Source: Mytilus trossulus
Taxonomy: Eukaryota
Assembly (NCBI RefSeq): GCF_036588685.1
Contig: NC_086376.1
Location: 44,702,001 to 44,766,000 of the forward strand
DNA: 64,000 bases
Direction of reading: 5' to 3'
A program made the translations under genes and the position numbers. Numbering within the stretch: the stretch's first letter is position 1; every line of letters starts with the position of its first letter. Under the pieces are notes generated by a model that saw only the letters and a list, made by a program, of their open reading frames with translations, was not told where the DNA came from and did not search any database. Shown here piece by piece: positions 26,085-39,987 of this stretch.

Positions 26085-26400
26085 ATCGATAATAAAATCA
26101 ACGGTACCAATTTTGTTGCACCAGATGCGCATTTCGACAATATATGTCTCTTCAGTGATGCTCGTGGCCAAAATATTTGAAATCCAAAGCACATATAAAA
26201 GATGAAGAGCTATAATTCAAAAGGTCCTAAAAGTATAGCCAAATTCGTGAAAGGAATCAGAGCTTTGCATCAGGGAGATACATTCCTTAATTTATAATAA
26301 TTTCTAATATTTTGTAACAGCAAATTTTAATAACACAAAAAATCCGTATTTTCATGCCAGTACCGAAGTACTGGCTACTGGGCTGGTGATACCATCGGGC
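26085..26400 (-). mobile_element. Retrozyme family B partial copy
   Basis: Collinear with but diverged from family A; shares CTACTGGGCTGGTGATACC and a hammerhead. Confidence 0.75.
26118..26161 (-). ncRNA. Minimal type I hammerhead ribozyme (family B), intact
   Basis: GCAUCA CUGAAGA GACA-UAUAU-UGUC GAAA U-GCGC-A UC/ UGGUGC. Confidence 0.85.
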
Positions 26401-27362
26401 ACTAAAGGAGACAAATCAAAATAAAAAAAACACAAACTGATGTAATCCAATGAATATAAAAAAAAAACGGCCAGATCAGTGCGTACAGATAGTAAGCGAT
26501 TCCTGCTTTTCAAGCATTTTCCGCCATGCAAATCTACAATTAGACAAAAGTAAAATCACAAAAATACTGAACTTAGAGGAAAATCAATTCGGAAAGTCCA
26601 TAGTCACATGGCAATATCAAATAACAAAACGCATAAAACAAATGGACAAGAACTGTCATATTCCTGACTTGGTACAGGCATTTTCAAATGTAGAAAATGG
26701 TGGATTAAACCTGGTTTTATAGCGCTAACCCTCTCACTTTGATGATAGTATCATCAAATTCCGTTATATTTACATTGATGCGTTAATTAAACAGACACAA
26801 TAAATAAAATAGTCAAAATATGGGTACATCGGTCATCATCGTATAACAATTCTAAAAGGAACAATTTAACAGAACACAAAAACATCTACTATCTACAAAC
26901 ACATTCGTTGATTTGTGCGAATCATCTCCCTAGCTAATAGACAGAGACATATCGTACTGATATCGTACAAATTGTGATGGTTACTGTTAAACTTGTATAG
27001 TGTCGCTCTTCTTCTTATCTCTACAGAAGCAGTTTGTGCGGAAAGGGACCGCATGTACAAATGAAGTGTAAAGTGTGAACAAGTGTAACTCATCAATTGA
27101 TATATGCAAACGCCATACGATATGGCAGAGGATTTGTTAAGCTACGAAATAGGAAATTGACATTGGAAAGAAATTGGCGAGTGGAAAGTTTAAATCATTA
27201 TGTTTTATAGACTGTTGTTTGAAGTTGTCCATATCGAGAATAAGATCAAAATACAAAGCAGAAGTGAAAGTTTCCGTTATAGTCTGAGCATAAGTTCATG
27301 CGGATATATGAGTTGCATAGACGCACTGAAATGTTGATTATTTAATGACATGGCATCATTAA

Positions 27363-27921
27363 AGTCATAATAAACGTTTGACAGGTGAAAAATAATGTTA
27401 TTCTAATTCTTGAACCAATGCATACAAACATCATAAATTTAGTCTTCTGTGAACGATTTTATCAAATTTTTTTGCCTAAATTTCGTATAATCGTCAATTG
27501 TTTTTCAATCGGTCACTGTTGTTGTGAAAATATGGCAAGTAATTAAAGTTCGTGATTTGAAGCCGAAGTTTAACGATTGTCACCTGATTGTCAACAATAA
27601 ACAAAAAAGGTATGGTTATTAAGCACGTGTTTAACATGTACAATAAAATTATAGTTTATTTGAAGGATATCCATGCGTATTGCGATCACCGTATTTTTAA
27701 GAGATGAGTCACACTGAGGTCACTTTGCATACGAAAAATGTGTTGGGGAATTGCTTCCTTCCAGGCAGCAATTAAAATAGGATAAACTTCTTCTAAATAT
27801 GTACATATTAAAATAAAAATCTTCAGAAAAAAGTATAGGTACATAAGTTTTATAATGAAAACTATCCATTGATTTATAAAAAAAAACATATGCATTATTT
27901 ATTTTTAGGTTTCTTATGACT
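27363..27921. mobile_element. Kolobok-like MITE (TTAA TSD)
   Basis: TTAA|AGTCATAATAAAC ... GTTTCTTATGACT|TTAA. Confidence 0.65.
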
Positions 27922-29259
27922 TTAATATATCTGATTGTTCAATGTCAGAAATTTGCAACATTCGTTTTTCATTTTGTCTTTGACGAGTTTTTGTACAGAA
28001 ATTAAGACAGTTGTTTCACGGACGCTTTATTAATTTATTTATTAATAATCACAATTTAGGAATATCTGTTCTATAGATGAGCACACATATGAACCATTTG
28101 GTGTCACCACAATCCAGTTTATGAATTTCCAATAAATATCACTTGGGTCCTGTTTTGTTCTATAACAGACAAGAAGACGTTCGAAACAGAACTCTGACTT
28201 TTCTAAGCACATCGGTCCTTTCCAGACAATTAATAAGATTTAAACTAATCAGTCTTAAAAAGGAAAATAAAAAAAATACCGATCTCCAATGAAAATTCAA
28301 AGCGGAAAATCTGTCATCAAATCTTAAGTCAAATTTTGAATAGTGTTATTGGCTAGAGATGAGATGTATTTATGTTATCCAATGAGTTGGATAGAAACAA
28401 GGATATAATATTAGACGAAAAAAAGTTTTCCATTATTTGACTTAAACTATTAATATTTTAGACCGCAAATTCTTTTTCAAACAATTCATCTAACATAATT
28501 AAATCAATGACATGATATTATTTGTCAAAACAGCTGGAATTAGATTTTATTTCGTCTGATCTCCAACAAGAAATTATAAAATATCATATTTCTTAACGTC
28601 ATAGTCATTATATGATGATAAAAACATTTCATGCTATTTTGCCTTTTCAAGCAGTATTGGTAATGGTTATATCAAAGTTTTAAAATAGCAGAATCCCAAT
28701 ATGCACATTAGTTTGAAAAAAATAAAAAAACCTTAGAGTACAATTTGAAATACTGCAACTTTAAACATCCGGATATGTCATTTCTCGATCAATCAACGTT
28801 TTTGTAGTTTTAATGGGAGAATTTTCAACAGACGTTTGGCATTGTGTACAGACTAGGTTCTTCTTCGTGCCGACTTGTTTCTTTATTCGTTTGATGGCTT
28901 CCTTGGTAGAATCTAGATAAGTTAACATAATCCATTTGTTTCACATTCCTGTATATTAGTATACGTTATATCCTTTCACTTACTATTTCAAAGTTTGGTG
29001 ACTATGTTGATGGCATCGGGACCTTTGTATATGAAATAAATGATTACCACAAACACTATTTAGTTTGCCTCATAGCTTGACTTAAGTAAGATGCATTGTA
29101 TACCGTCATCTTGGATTGTACTGTCATTGTACACAATCAGTCTAGTTATTTGCCCAAATCTGCAGATAGATGTACAACTCTATTTATTAAACAGTTTACG
29201 TATATGAAGAAGACTTGCTAATGTATTGGATTATTCAAAATATTTATAAACAAATCATT

Positions 29260-29560
29260 TAATTTTGGATGTAACGCGTCTTCTGATTGGCTGGCGTTAT
29301 TTTGTTATGAGCCCATATACATTATTTAGTCATGTGACCGTGACGTCATCAACTTTTTCATGGTTTTCTACGGTTTAAAATGGAATGTAGAATTAAATTA
29401 TAAGAAATGACTGTAATATTTTTTCTGGCTATTCAAAATAACATAAAAAAAAGTGGTGCACACTGTTAAATAACCCGCTACGCGCGTTATTCAGTGTGCA
29501 CCAAATTTTTTATGTTATTTCTTCATAGACAGAAAAAATATTACAGTCATTCCTTAAATA
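29260..29560. mobile_element. Crypton-like non-autonomous element with terminal hairpin
   Basis: CTGATTGGCT near one end; ~150-bp imperfect palindrome 29400-29557. Confidence 0.5.
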
Positions 29561-29607
29561 ACAAACATTTGTGTTTAAGAATACTTTTTTTCAACTAACA
29601 CATTTAA

Positions 29608-29932
29608 GGAGGCTTTGAGAGTATAGAAATGTCAGAAAAAAATAAACATTTATTTTTCATTACACATTTTATATTTTACCGTTAGTAGTTACTTTATCAT
29701 ATGGTACAGCTATTATGTGATGATGCCCAGATGACTTTTAAAATGCAAATATCAATGATAAAGCTCGAAATGACCTCCCTTTGGTGCACAAATGTCATTT
29801 TTGGCATTAAAATAGAAATATATTTTTCAACTCATCGGTGACCTATATTTTTTCTATTAAGTATAAGATAAAGTTCATTTATAGCGAAATCCTATATTAG
29901 TTAAAAAAAAATATTTAGCCCCGCAAGCCACC
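29608..29932. mobile_element. TTAA-flanked MITE
   Basis: TTAA|GGAGGCTT ... AAGCCACC|TTAA. Confidence 0.45.
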
Positions 29933-32897
29933 TTAATCTTACTATTTTATATAAAAAAAATACTGGACGTTTTTAATTTTTACTAGGAGCGAGAAAACAA
30001 GTTCGGTGACACAATTTTTTCTTCTTATTTTCTTAAATCATATTTAAAAAAAAACATGTTCTCACAATTTATTTTAAATTCTATCTCATAGATTTCCTTT
30101 TATGCACACAAATATGTATTTGCATGATCATTCTAAGCAAATTTGTGCAAATTTCATCGACTCATCAAAAATAGCACGATGACCCATCCTTTTATTATAT
30201 TCTCAAAAAGAGCATAGTAAAATCTTAATGATCGCAAAGTAACAGAAAATTCTATCTCGGCAAACATATACATATGATTTACCTGAAAAGACCTGGTGAA
30301 AGACAGTTCATAATCAAACTAGACAAAAACAAGGTTTTCTTGTTATCATGTAAACATGTCATTTTTATCAATCACAAAACCCGGGTATGGAGTATGATGC
30401 ATTCTGGGGTTGCGTTTCCCATTAGAATTTCCTTGCAAGACTGTTTTTACTATTGACCAACTGTTTCTTAGAGATAAATCTGAAGTCATCTTAATTGTAC
30501 TGAACTTTTTCAAATATTTGTGACACAAATAACCACGGATATGTTCCCTTTGGTGTATCGACAATCTCGTCCTCTAGTCTTAGTTACTGTTCACATCGAC
30601 TGCGACTCGTTTACTGATTACATCTCTTCGTATGTTTAATGGGAAACATCATTATTTGGTGTCACCATACACCATGAATATGTTACTTTTAACTCATCAC
30701 ATAAATTCGTTATATGTTCTTAAATTGTCTCCAACTAAGAAAGCAGAATTTGCTTACCGATATTGATTTTTCTGTGTATGTATTTATGGAGTCGACCGTG
30801 ACTTGTACAATTTTTAAAACACAAGACACCGCCGATCGAATATATATCAAAAATGTAAATTAAATTATTAAAAGGAAATAAAATATGAACATACAGGTAT
30901 ACAGATAATACAGGTCTATCGATTGAGACACCAATCGAATCTCTTTTAAAGAACTTGGACCGCCAGACATTACAGATCGATAATTAACAATATAATGATA
31001 GAAAAGAAACGAATCATGAACAAGTCAAAAAAACAAAATATTGATAAAATCTCCTGTTTCTGAAATAACCACTAACAAATACGCTCGTTTACCTTTATAA
31101 GCCAACAATATTAAAGGTATTAATATAAAATACGTGAAGGAACTAAAGGCTTTAAAGCGATTTCTTTAAATAGTGTTAATCCTGGTAAAAAAAGACAGAG
31201 ACAATGGTAAACCGGAATTGCGATTTCATCATGATATAAAAAATATCCATTCTGTTTATTGAAACCAAAGAGGTATAGAAAGCCATGTGTATACAATAAA
31301 ACCAAGCATTCGTTTCAACAAAAACACAGAAAGTCAAAAGTTTAAAAGGCTCATCACATAATGAACTACTGAATATAGCTATCACTGAAACTTGAATCTA
31401 CTGTTTATTAAACTAAATAAGAAAATAAACAATCACTTAACAAGACCAAGTTACATAGCATCCAGAAATGTGCCATTGCTTTACATTAGAAAATCAACCT
31501 TCAAGTCAAATCGAGATAGGAACCATGTTTAACTTATCTTACCTCCCATACATTTCTAGCAATTTCATTGGTTTAAAGCGACTGCGTGGAGATCGTGTAT
31601 ATTTATAATTTATATGGGGAATAAGGTGCGGTTTTTTTAATACATGGTGTAACATCTCTTTAAAACACAGCGTTGAGAAAAAATCTAAAACGTTTCATCC
31701 GGACAACAGTTGAAGAAATTAATGATAAACGATTGAAATAAACCCAGAAAATGCATTTAAAGCTCTAAAGTTGTTATTGTTGGCATTTGTTTTCGTATAG
31801 ATCAATGGCAGTAGTTTTTTTCTTCATCACTTTGACAGTTCACTTTCATATTTGCCACATGTTAAGCTAATCGGTATGATTTTGTAACACGGTTTGCTAG
31901 TGATCTTAGATGATTTATATGGGGTCAGGAAAATCCATACGGGTTGAAAGCGAGCTTATATTCTGTTGTGTGTGGTGTGATTTATTTTTTCAAATAGGGG
32001 TGTCGAAATTTTGCATTATGTTTTAGTCCACTGAGATCCTTTCTTGTTCAGTAATATATAAAGATAGAGATAAGGAGATGTGGTATGACTGCCATTGAGA
32101 AAACTATCCACCGAAGTTCAAAAGAAGTGGATGTAATAAATTATAGGCAACCGTGAGTTATTTTGTATCTTGAAAAGCAATCCCCTTTACTATTTTAGTA
32201 AACTTCCATTACATTATATTTCAACCGATAAACCAATCTTCATATTATAGCTTACAATACAAATGTATTAAACGAAAAAGACATCAGTTAATTTCTTTGG
32301 ATTCTGCAAAAAACGCAAAATTACATAAAAAGGCGGCAAATCTTGAACCTGCGTTTTGTCTACACATTGTTTTATTCTCATAATTATAGTGAAAACGTCC
32401 CGCGAAGGGATATAAATAGAAGGCATTAGAACAAAAGGCTATGCAAATAGTGTCACGTTTCTGAAAGTAATGATCAAGGATATCCTTTTAATCATTTATG
32501 TTTCGAAAGTGCATATTTCTATCAATTAAATAATACTGGACACTTTCCTCACAAAGATAGCTCATGTTTAGGAAATTTAAAAGCAAAATCTTTAAATTGG
32601 AACTTGATATATCGGTTAACAAATGCTTTTATAATTTTACCTGGAATGACATATAGAAAATATAATATGTCACCATAGAGCTTATAATGTGAATTTTATC
32701 TGTAATGATGTTTGATTCAGTGGGGAAACAAAAAAATCTTGTTTATAACTGTCACATATCAATAATTCAAGAAGCAAACAGTTCATTAGTTAATGTGGAA
32801 TAACTGGATCAATTTGTTTGGTTTTTTTTAAAATTCGTATGATATTTAGTATCTAAATGAGTTCGTACATTCAAATCTTGTTTTGTCACACGTCGAC

Positions 32898-33338
32898 ATG
32901 GAGAGATTTTTCATAAATGTTTCTGGAACAAAATTTGAAATTAGCAAGGCAGCGCTGTTGACACAGCCTGATACTCGTTTGGGGAAGATTGCTTTATCAA
33001 CGTCTACTTCAGAAAAGAAAGAGCTATATTTTGATCGACCTGCAACAGCATTTGAATCTATTTTGACTTTTTACCAGACTCGAAAACTGCATATGCCACC
33101 AAACGTATGTCCAAACTCGTTCAAGGAAGAATTAGATTATTGGCAGATTGACTATGAATTCTTAGACAAATGCTGTCTATATTCGTTCATTCAATTTATG
33201 GATATGCACACAGTTAGAATAGAATTCCAGCATGAACAGAATGAAAATTTATCCAAGACTGTGGTATCGAAATGTTCTGCAATTAGAAACCGTGTTTGGA
33301 AAATTATAGACTACCATGAGGCAACATTGTTATCGAAG
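32898..33338 (+). CDS. Kv-C exon 1, T1 domain
   Basis: MERFFINVSGTKFE...YFDRP...KLHMPPNVCPNSFKEELDYWQID...CC; 147 codons ending LLSK|GTAGGT. Confidence 0.9.
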
Positions 33339-34976
33339 GTAGGTATTTTTCAAAGATAGATTCTTTTATTACGAGTCCAATAAGTAGAATACGTATTTCT
33401 GGTAAAGACTAGCTCCATCAAATATCTCTAGACTAAAAAGTTGGGAAAGCCTAATAACAAATAGGTTACCGTGAAGAAGAAAAAAACTTGACAGTTCAAA
33501 CACAATTTTATATCCTTGCACTAGGGAATGACAACCTCCGTTTTAGTAGATTTATATAACTTCTATAATATTCTTCTATCGAGAATACATTTTGAGGCCT
33601 CAATACTTTTAATGTCGTACCTAATTTGGCCTCTTTAACTTTTTATATTCCTGCGTTTATTATGAGTCTAGAAAAGAAAATTTTAATCCTGGTATCTATA
33701 ATGATTTTATTGTAAACTGATATTTTAGAGTCATAATGCTTATGTAATTCATACATATATAATCTACTACTGGCTACTCACTATACATAGGCACTGAATC
33801 GGAGATAAAAGTTCAAAACATTTTAATTCAACTTTTCATTTTGGTAGTAAGTCCTTGACGGATATTCCGAATATCTTTTTATTCATGACAAAGTCAAGGT
33901 TTTATCATATTATATTTTTACGTATGCTATACGACTTGTTGTTTTTTTAAATTTTGCCATTTGATTGGGGACTTTCCGGTTTGAATTTTCCTCGTATTTT
34001 GGGGAATTTACTTTTTACTAATATTCTGCTGCTTTTGTGAAATATAACACTCTATTAAATTTTGTTCTTTTTGTTCAGCTTTTTTTGCATCAATTATTTA
34101 ATAAAAATTTCCTAAGAGGTTTCGCGGAACCATGTGTCTCGTCTGTGATTGCTGCTGTTAGTGTAAAATGTAATGCTTTTCTAAAACGTGAATTAATTTC
34201 CAGTAAGATACAGATTTGAAGGGGAAATTAAAGCTGTCTGTAGATGCTATATTTTCGTATAGAAGATAAACGTCTGTCCATTCTCATCACAATCTTCGAA
34301 GTTTTACAAATGTATCATGTCTAAGAAATGTAACCTCAAATCAGTACTATCTGTCAAAACTTCAGTCCGTCTTTCAGAAAAATACTGAAATTGGTAATAT
34401 ATTTTAAAAGTTTGCTTCATACATTATCTCGTTATCATAGTAAAGGCTTCCGAAAAAGTTTTTACGAAAGTTTGACAAAGAAATTGGTGTGTTTCAAACT
34501 TAACACATGGTTGACCCCATGACTCTGACCTCTTGCTAACTATATTTTGATCATTAACAAGCTGCTGTCAAAATTTTATAAAATCCCATCAAAGTTTGAC
34601 AAAGTTATTGAAAAACTGAAAAACATCGACATCAGACTGATTCTAAATGGTTCTAAATGGTAACGGTAAAAAAACGAAGTCTATTCAACAGTAAAATCAA
34701 GAAAAACAATTAATAAAAAAACAATATTTTCTAAATTTTGCATAGGATGCGATTGTTTATAGAAATAAGTAGACGAGACAACACTCAATCAAAGTCACAA
34801 TGATTAAAAAGAAAACATCATGATAAACGGTCAAAGTACGGATTTTAAACATTGAATTTGGACAGCAGGACCTCGCATCAAATTAACTAAAATCTGCGAT
34901 CAACTGGACAATAACGATCATACACAAAATTGTAGCCATAATTGATAGGTTTATGTCTATTTTTTTATTATTTCAG

Positions 34977-36011
34977 TTGTACCTCATAGTTGGGATAACT
35001 ATCGTGTTACTTTCAGTGGGAGTATTGGCCTTAAGTACGTTGTCGAACTTCAGAAGTCCTGTTCCACTTTGTGAGGCTTTTAAATATATGTCATTTGGGG
35101 AGGCAGAATGCAACATTGCCACAGCATACGCAGACCAAGACTGTAACACGCTAAAAGCGAAATTTAAGGAAGATGAATCCTACATGTACTATATGGACCC
35201 GTCTTTCTATGATGATGACCAAACAAATACTAGTAATAATGATTCTCTTAAACAAAAATTCGAACAATTTCTTGCAAGAAACCATACAGGAGTAACTCAA
35301 AAATCAAAAATGTTTGTCAAAATTGACCATTTTTTTACAGCATTCTTTACAGCTGAGTTTTTGCTAAGGCTGTTTGTGTGTCCCAATATGAAAGCTTTTT
35401 TCACAAGTATCCTCAATTTGATTGAAATGTTCATTTTAGTCGGAACATACGTCGTTATAGCAGTTTCAAATTCGAAATTAAGACCTACATGTACTGATTT
35501 AATGAGTGTCATTGAAGATTTCATGGATTTTATCAAAATGATTCGAGTTATCCGGCTGTTGCGATATTGTCAAAATTTGGCAGCGGTTCGCGTGCTTACC
35601 TTTTCGATAAAGAAAAATGTGAAAGATCTTATCCTACTTTTCTTTCATATATCTCTCATTGTGTTGATCTTTGGAAACATAGTGTACCTTTCTGAGGATA
35701 GACACAACATCGATAGTATACCACAAGGGTGGTGGCTTGGGGTCATTACTATAACAACGGTTGGATTTGGTGATGTGGTCCCAACATCTGTTGCTGGAAA
35801 GATCATATGCTCCGCCTGCGCTTTATGTGGTATTTTAACTCTTGCATTGCTAACTTCCATATTTGTTGAAACTTTCATGGCCTTATATGGTGTGGCACAG
35901 ATTGACACGGTACCAAAAGAAGATCGTATCAGAAGGTGGGATCATTATTCCAAGAAAAATAGAGGAAATGGATGTCCAGATTTCATAGACATAAAGAAAA
36001 CAAAGATTTAA
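34977..36011 (+). CDS. Kv-C exon 2, S1-S6 with TTVGFGD pore (total protein 491 aa)
   Basis: tttcag|LYLIVG...; S4 KMIRVIRLLRY; WWLGVITITTVGFGD; S6 CALCGILTLALLTSIF; intact ORF. Confidence 0.92.
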   Translation: MYLIVGITIVLLSVGVLALSTLSNFRSPVPLCEAFKYMSFGEAECNIATAYADQDCNTLKAKFKEDESYMYYMDPSFYDDDQTNTSNNDSLKQKFEQFLARNHTGVTQKSKMFVKIDHFFTAFFTAEFLLRLFVCPNMKAFFTSILNLIEMFILVGTYVVIAVSNSKLRPTCTDLMSVIEDFMDFIKMIRVIRLLRYCQNLAAVRVLTFSIKKNVKDLILLFFHISLIVLIFGNIVYLSEDRHNIDSIPQGWWLGVITITTVGFGDVVPTSVAGKIICSACALCGILTLALLTSIFVETFMALYGVAQIDTVPKEDRIRRWDHYSKKNRGNGCPDFIDIKKTKI

Positions 36012-39000
36012 ACTATAGAAAGTTTTATCGAAAGATACAGTTGCAAACAAGTATTTAAAAACATGTGAAGATGAATTCAAATCAGCACTGTATTATACTG
36101 TTTGCCTAAGGGAGAGAGTCTAAATGGTGGATCCGATCATTCTTTTCTGTATTCTTTTTATGCCATTTTTCTCTCTTCGTTATTTTTGTTGCCCTTTATT
36201 TCTTTTCTTTTGCATATTATGTATTTCATTATTTGGTACATTTTCTCTACTATTTACTTTTTTTACACTTTTTCTGTAGTTTTTGTCCATTATTATCCCA
36301 TCTTTAAAACACCTTACATGTTAATAACAATGTTTCATCTTTGCACCATAAAACGTTTTAAACTTTTCTCACAAGTTGTCATTATGGATTTGGTTAAATT
36401 ACAACTTATGCCATTATTCATTTTCTATTTTTATCAATAAATTGACATTTATTTGAATACTTTACTCATTAAAAGCTCTCTAAAAGTACTTTACTTCATT
36501 TCCGATTATTGTGTTATTATTGAATCATATTCTCAATAAGGCACTTTTCATAATGAATTGCCCTGTGTCATTTTTGTTTTATTATGTTTACGTTGATATA
36601 TTGTATGGGTGCAAATAAATCACATGAAAATGATGAAATCGAATGTGTTTCATTTCTATTACAACCTTTTTCCTGCAATTCCCACTTGTCCTGCTTGAAC
36701 AGGGACTGTAGAAAACAATACATATTATTTCACGATATCAGAAGAGGAAGAACCCCTTTTCGAGCGAATTTATTACGTTCTGGGCACAGTTATGCCATGT
36801 TCGAATGGGTCGATCCATTGCAAGAATTTTTGCATCAAAGAGATGTTTAGACATAGGGCTGGTTCAGGGAGAAGCAAAGGCACTAGTAAATGATAGTGTG
36901 TTGATCCATAACAAAACACCAGTTCCTTATAAAAATGTTGATATGAAAGTTTGTGCATACCAGCATACCAGTAACAATTAACAAGTTATCATACACGATT
37001 AATTGGCTGCTTAAGAATTCGAATAACCCAATAATGTACATGATAACTTAGTACAATAACATCGAAATCTTATTTGCAATCAGTAACACGATTGGGGCGA
37101 CTAGTTGAGTGGGAAATGTTCACCATTCCGGAGCACCAGCTTTCATCCCGGTATTTCGGTGTGTTCGTGTTGCTCGATCTACGTCTGTTTGGCATTTTCG
37201 TCGTTTTCATTTTAATCATGATGTTACCCTTCTTACGTACCAATAATTGTTGTTTTGTCCGTTTTATCTTCTATCGATTTAATACCATATAATGTTGCTG
37301 AACATCATGGGTTTCTTGAACAATCATAATCATGTAGACTCGAGACCGAAAGATTGGAAAGCTAAAACTATATCTATATAGCATTCCAATTATTGTAAGT
37401 TTGTTAAACGCATCTTTCCCAGCGAACCTGAAATACAGGATATGATATATACTTGTACTGTTAAGTTTGACTCACAGTTTGACTTACAGCTTGAATTGTC
37501 TATTGTGTTTTCTGTGAAAGAGGGTTACAACTTACTTAAATGGAGGCCATCGGACTAAGTTTCTAAGTGGTAAAGTTAAAATCATCCCTTCGAAAATTTT
37601 ACGGACGACGTTACGAGTTGTTTAACCGTTAAGGCATATCTATTTCACAGATGACGAATATGACCAACCGAATCATAATAATACTAGGTATGTTCTTACA
37701 TATATTAGACAACAGATGCCACGTGTGGAATATTATCTGATTTCCTTTCCGAAGCACATGATATTCCACTCCTTCTCAGTGATTGGTGACACGCATTCTT
37801 AATTTTATATTGATAACTGTACATTTTTCTAAAGTCGTGCTTTAGTTTGTTGTGCTTATTTTTTCAAGAACTCATTGTTGCAATGATCCTGATTATACTG
37901 ATCACCATTATTTCAACTGCGATGTTTTCACAAAAACAAAAAAGGTCGATCTTTTGTCTGTAAGACATATGAACGCATATGGTTTAAGTATACATGCTTT
38001 TGTAGTAAAACATGAAAATGAAGAAGGAGTTCTGTGTGGTTTGAAAGAGGGGACCATAATGAATCATATTTGTCTTAAAACAATCATGAAGGATACCATG
38101 CTGACAATACGCCGGCTATGTGTTTCATCTTCATTAGATGATACAGTGGTGCCGAATTAAACAAGTTGGGAGGTCAAACCGATTACGATACATACTGTAT
38201 TCACTTCGAAGTGAATTTAACAAGGGACAAACTCCCAAAAAACTGACAAGATCAAACGTTAAACTTTCAACCTCAACCAACGGAACGAATGGAAAACAAC
38301 TATCATATATAGATAAAGGCAACAGTAATATACCGCTGTTCGAATTTAATAATCGATTGAGAAAAAAAAATCCGGCTAACAAACTAAAACTGAGGGCAAC
38401 ACATCAAATATAAGAGGAGAACAACGGCACAACAGAAACACAACACTAGGATGCAACACACACATAAACGAACCATTTAACAATGGCCATTTTCCTGACT
38501 TGTAACATGACATTTTAAGTAAAAATGGCGGATTGTATTTGGTTTTGTGACTATCTAAACCTCCCGCTTTATGACAATGGTCAATCTTACATCAAAATGA
38601 CATCATTACATGACAGGACTGCGATACAAATAAATGGGAGAACATTCAGGACAGAGAAACACACAAATAACAGCTATCATAAGGTACCAGACTTATGACT
38701 TAATACGCCAGACTTGCTTTTTGTCTACACAAGACTCATCAGTGACTTGGTTCAGGCATTTTTCATAGAAAATTGCAGTTTAAACATGATTGTAAGGCTA
38801 CTGGACGATATTAGTTGTTCATATCGAAAAAAATGGATGAGCAACCAAAACGATATTGTAGGTTAACGTGTCAACAATTGGTTTCCAGCAGCCAAAACTA
38901 TGTAACCATACAACACTACCGGAAAAGATGAACCGAACAAAGACGCCAACAAAACGTTGTGGTGATTGATAGACAATTTTTTTAAAAAGCTTTGTAGTAA

Positions 39001-39987
39001 ATACAAATGTATAGTTAATTAAAAAAAAAAACATTGAAAAGTTTTTGTAGTTTAACGTTCATACAAAACGAAAATTCCTAAAAGTTGTGCCAAATCTAGC
39101 AAAGGTCACCAATGTGTGTCTTTCGAAAGAACAGTGAAGTTCGTGTTTTATCGATTTAAACGTTTTCATTAATAGCAACAACAAAAAAACGCATGGAAAT
39201 AACCAAGGATATATCATGTCAGCAAAATTGACTTCTGAACTTAAGATAGCATGTGGAACGATTCTCTTAACAGCAGTGGCATCGACTAAACGGTGGTACA
39301 AATCTTCGAACTCAAAATGAGTACAAGAAATGGCATAGGTCATTATTGGCTGGGTGACAATATACGTGGTAGTGTTTTGAATGATTTGACTGCTTTATTA
39401 ACCGCAAATTGTAAGTTTGCTCTGCCGAAATAACCTTGCAATATGTATTACGTTTTGCTTTGCTTCAAACTGCTCAAAATAATAAGCAATTAAACGTCTA
39501 ACTTTATTACCCTATTACATTGTATTAATTGTTGTGATCTATGAACTATTTCCCATGCAGACAATTGTTATGCCATTAACTGAGATAGACAATAACCGAG
39601 TGCTTTGAATTAACGAAAATAAAATCTGAATCATGACAGATAACATAAATAAAATTTAAGGTGTATGGTCGATTTCCACTGTATCAGTCAAAATCTAAAT
39701 AGTGTCAAAACTCTGGAAATACATACATGAAATATTAGAGGTTCTATATAATTTTTTCAAATTTTGCATCGAAAGACATCGCTAACAAGAATTGAATTAA
39801 TCTGTTTCTTAAACCCATCCATACTGTATCCTAACTTCTACACATAATTTTGGTTTTTGTAATCGATATTCTTCTTATACATTTTTTATGGATAAATTCT
39901 CAAAATTTGCCAAAAACTCTGCAACGCGTGTTTTTATGCACTCTTAGAGTGTTTATGATTTGGTGACCTGTTAAAAAATAAGCATAT

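Noticed and set aside
36584-36958. Overlapping short ORFs downstream of Kv-C
   Set aside because: No motif or splice support
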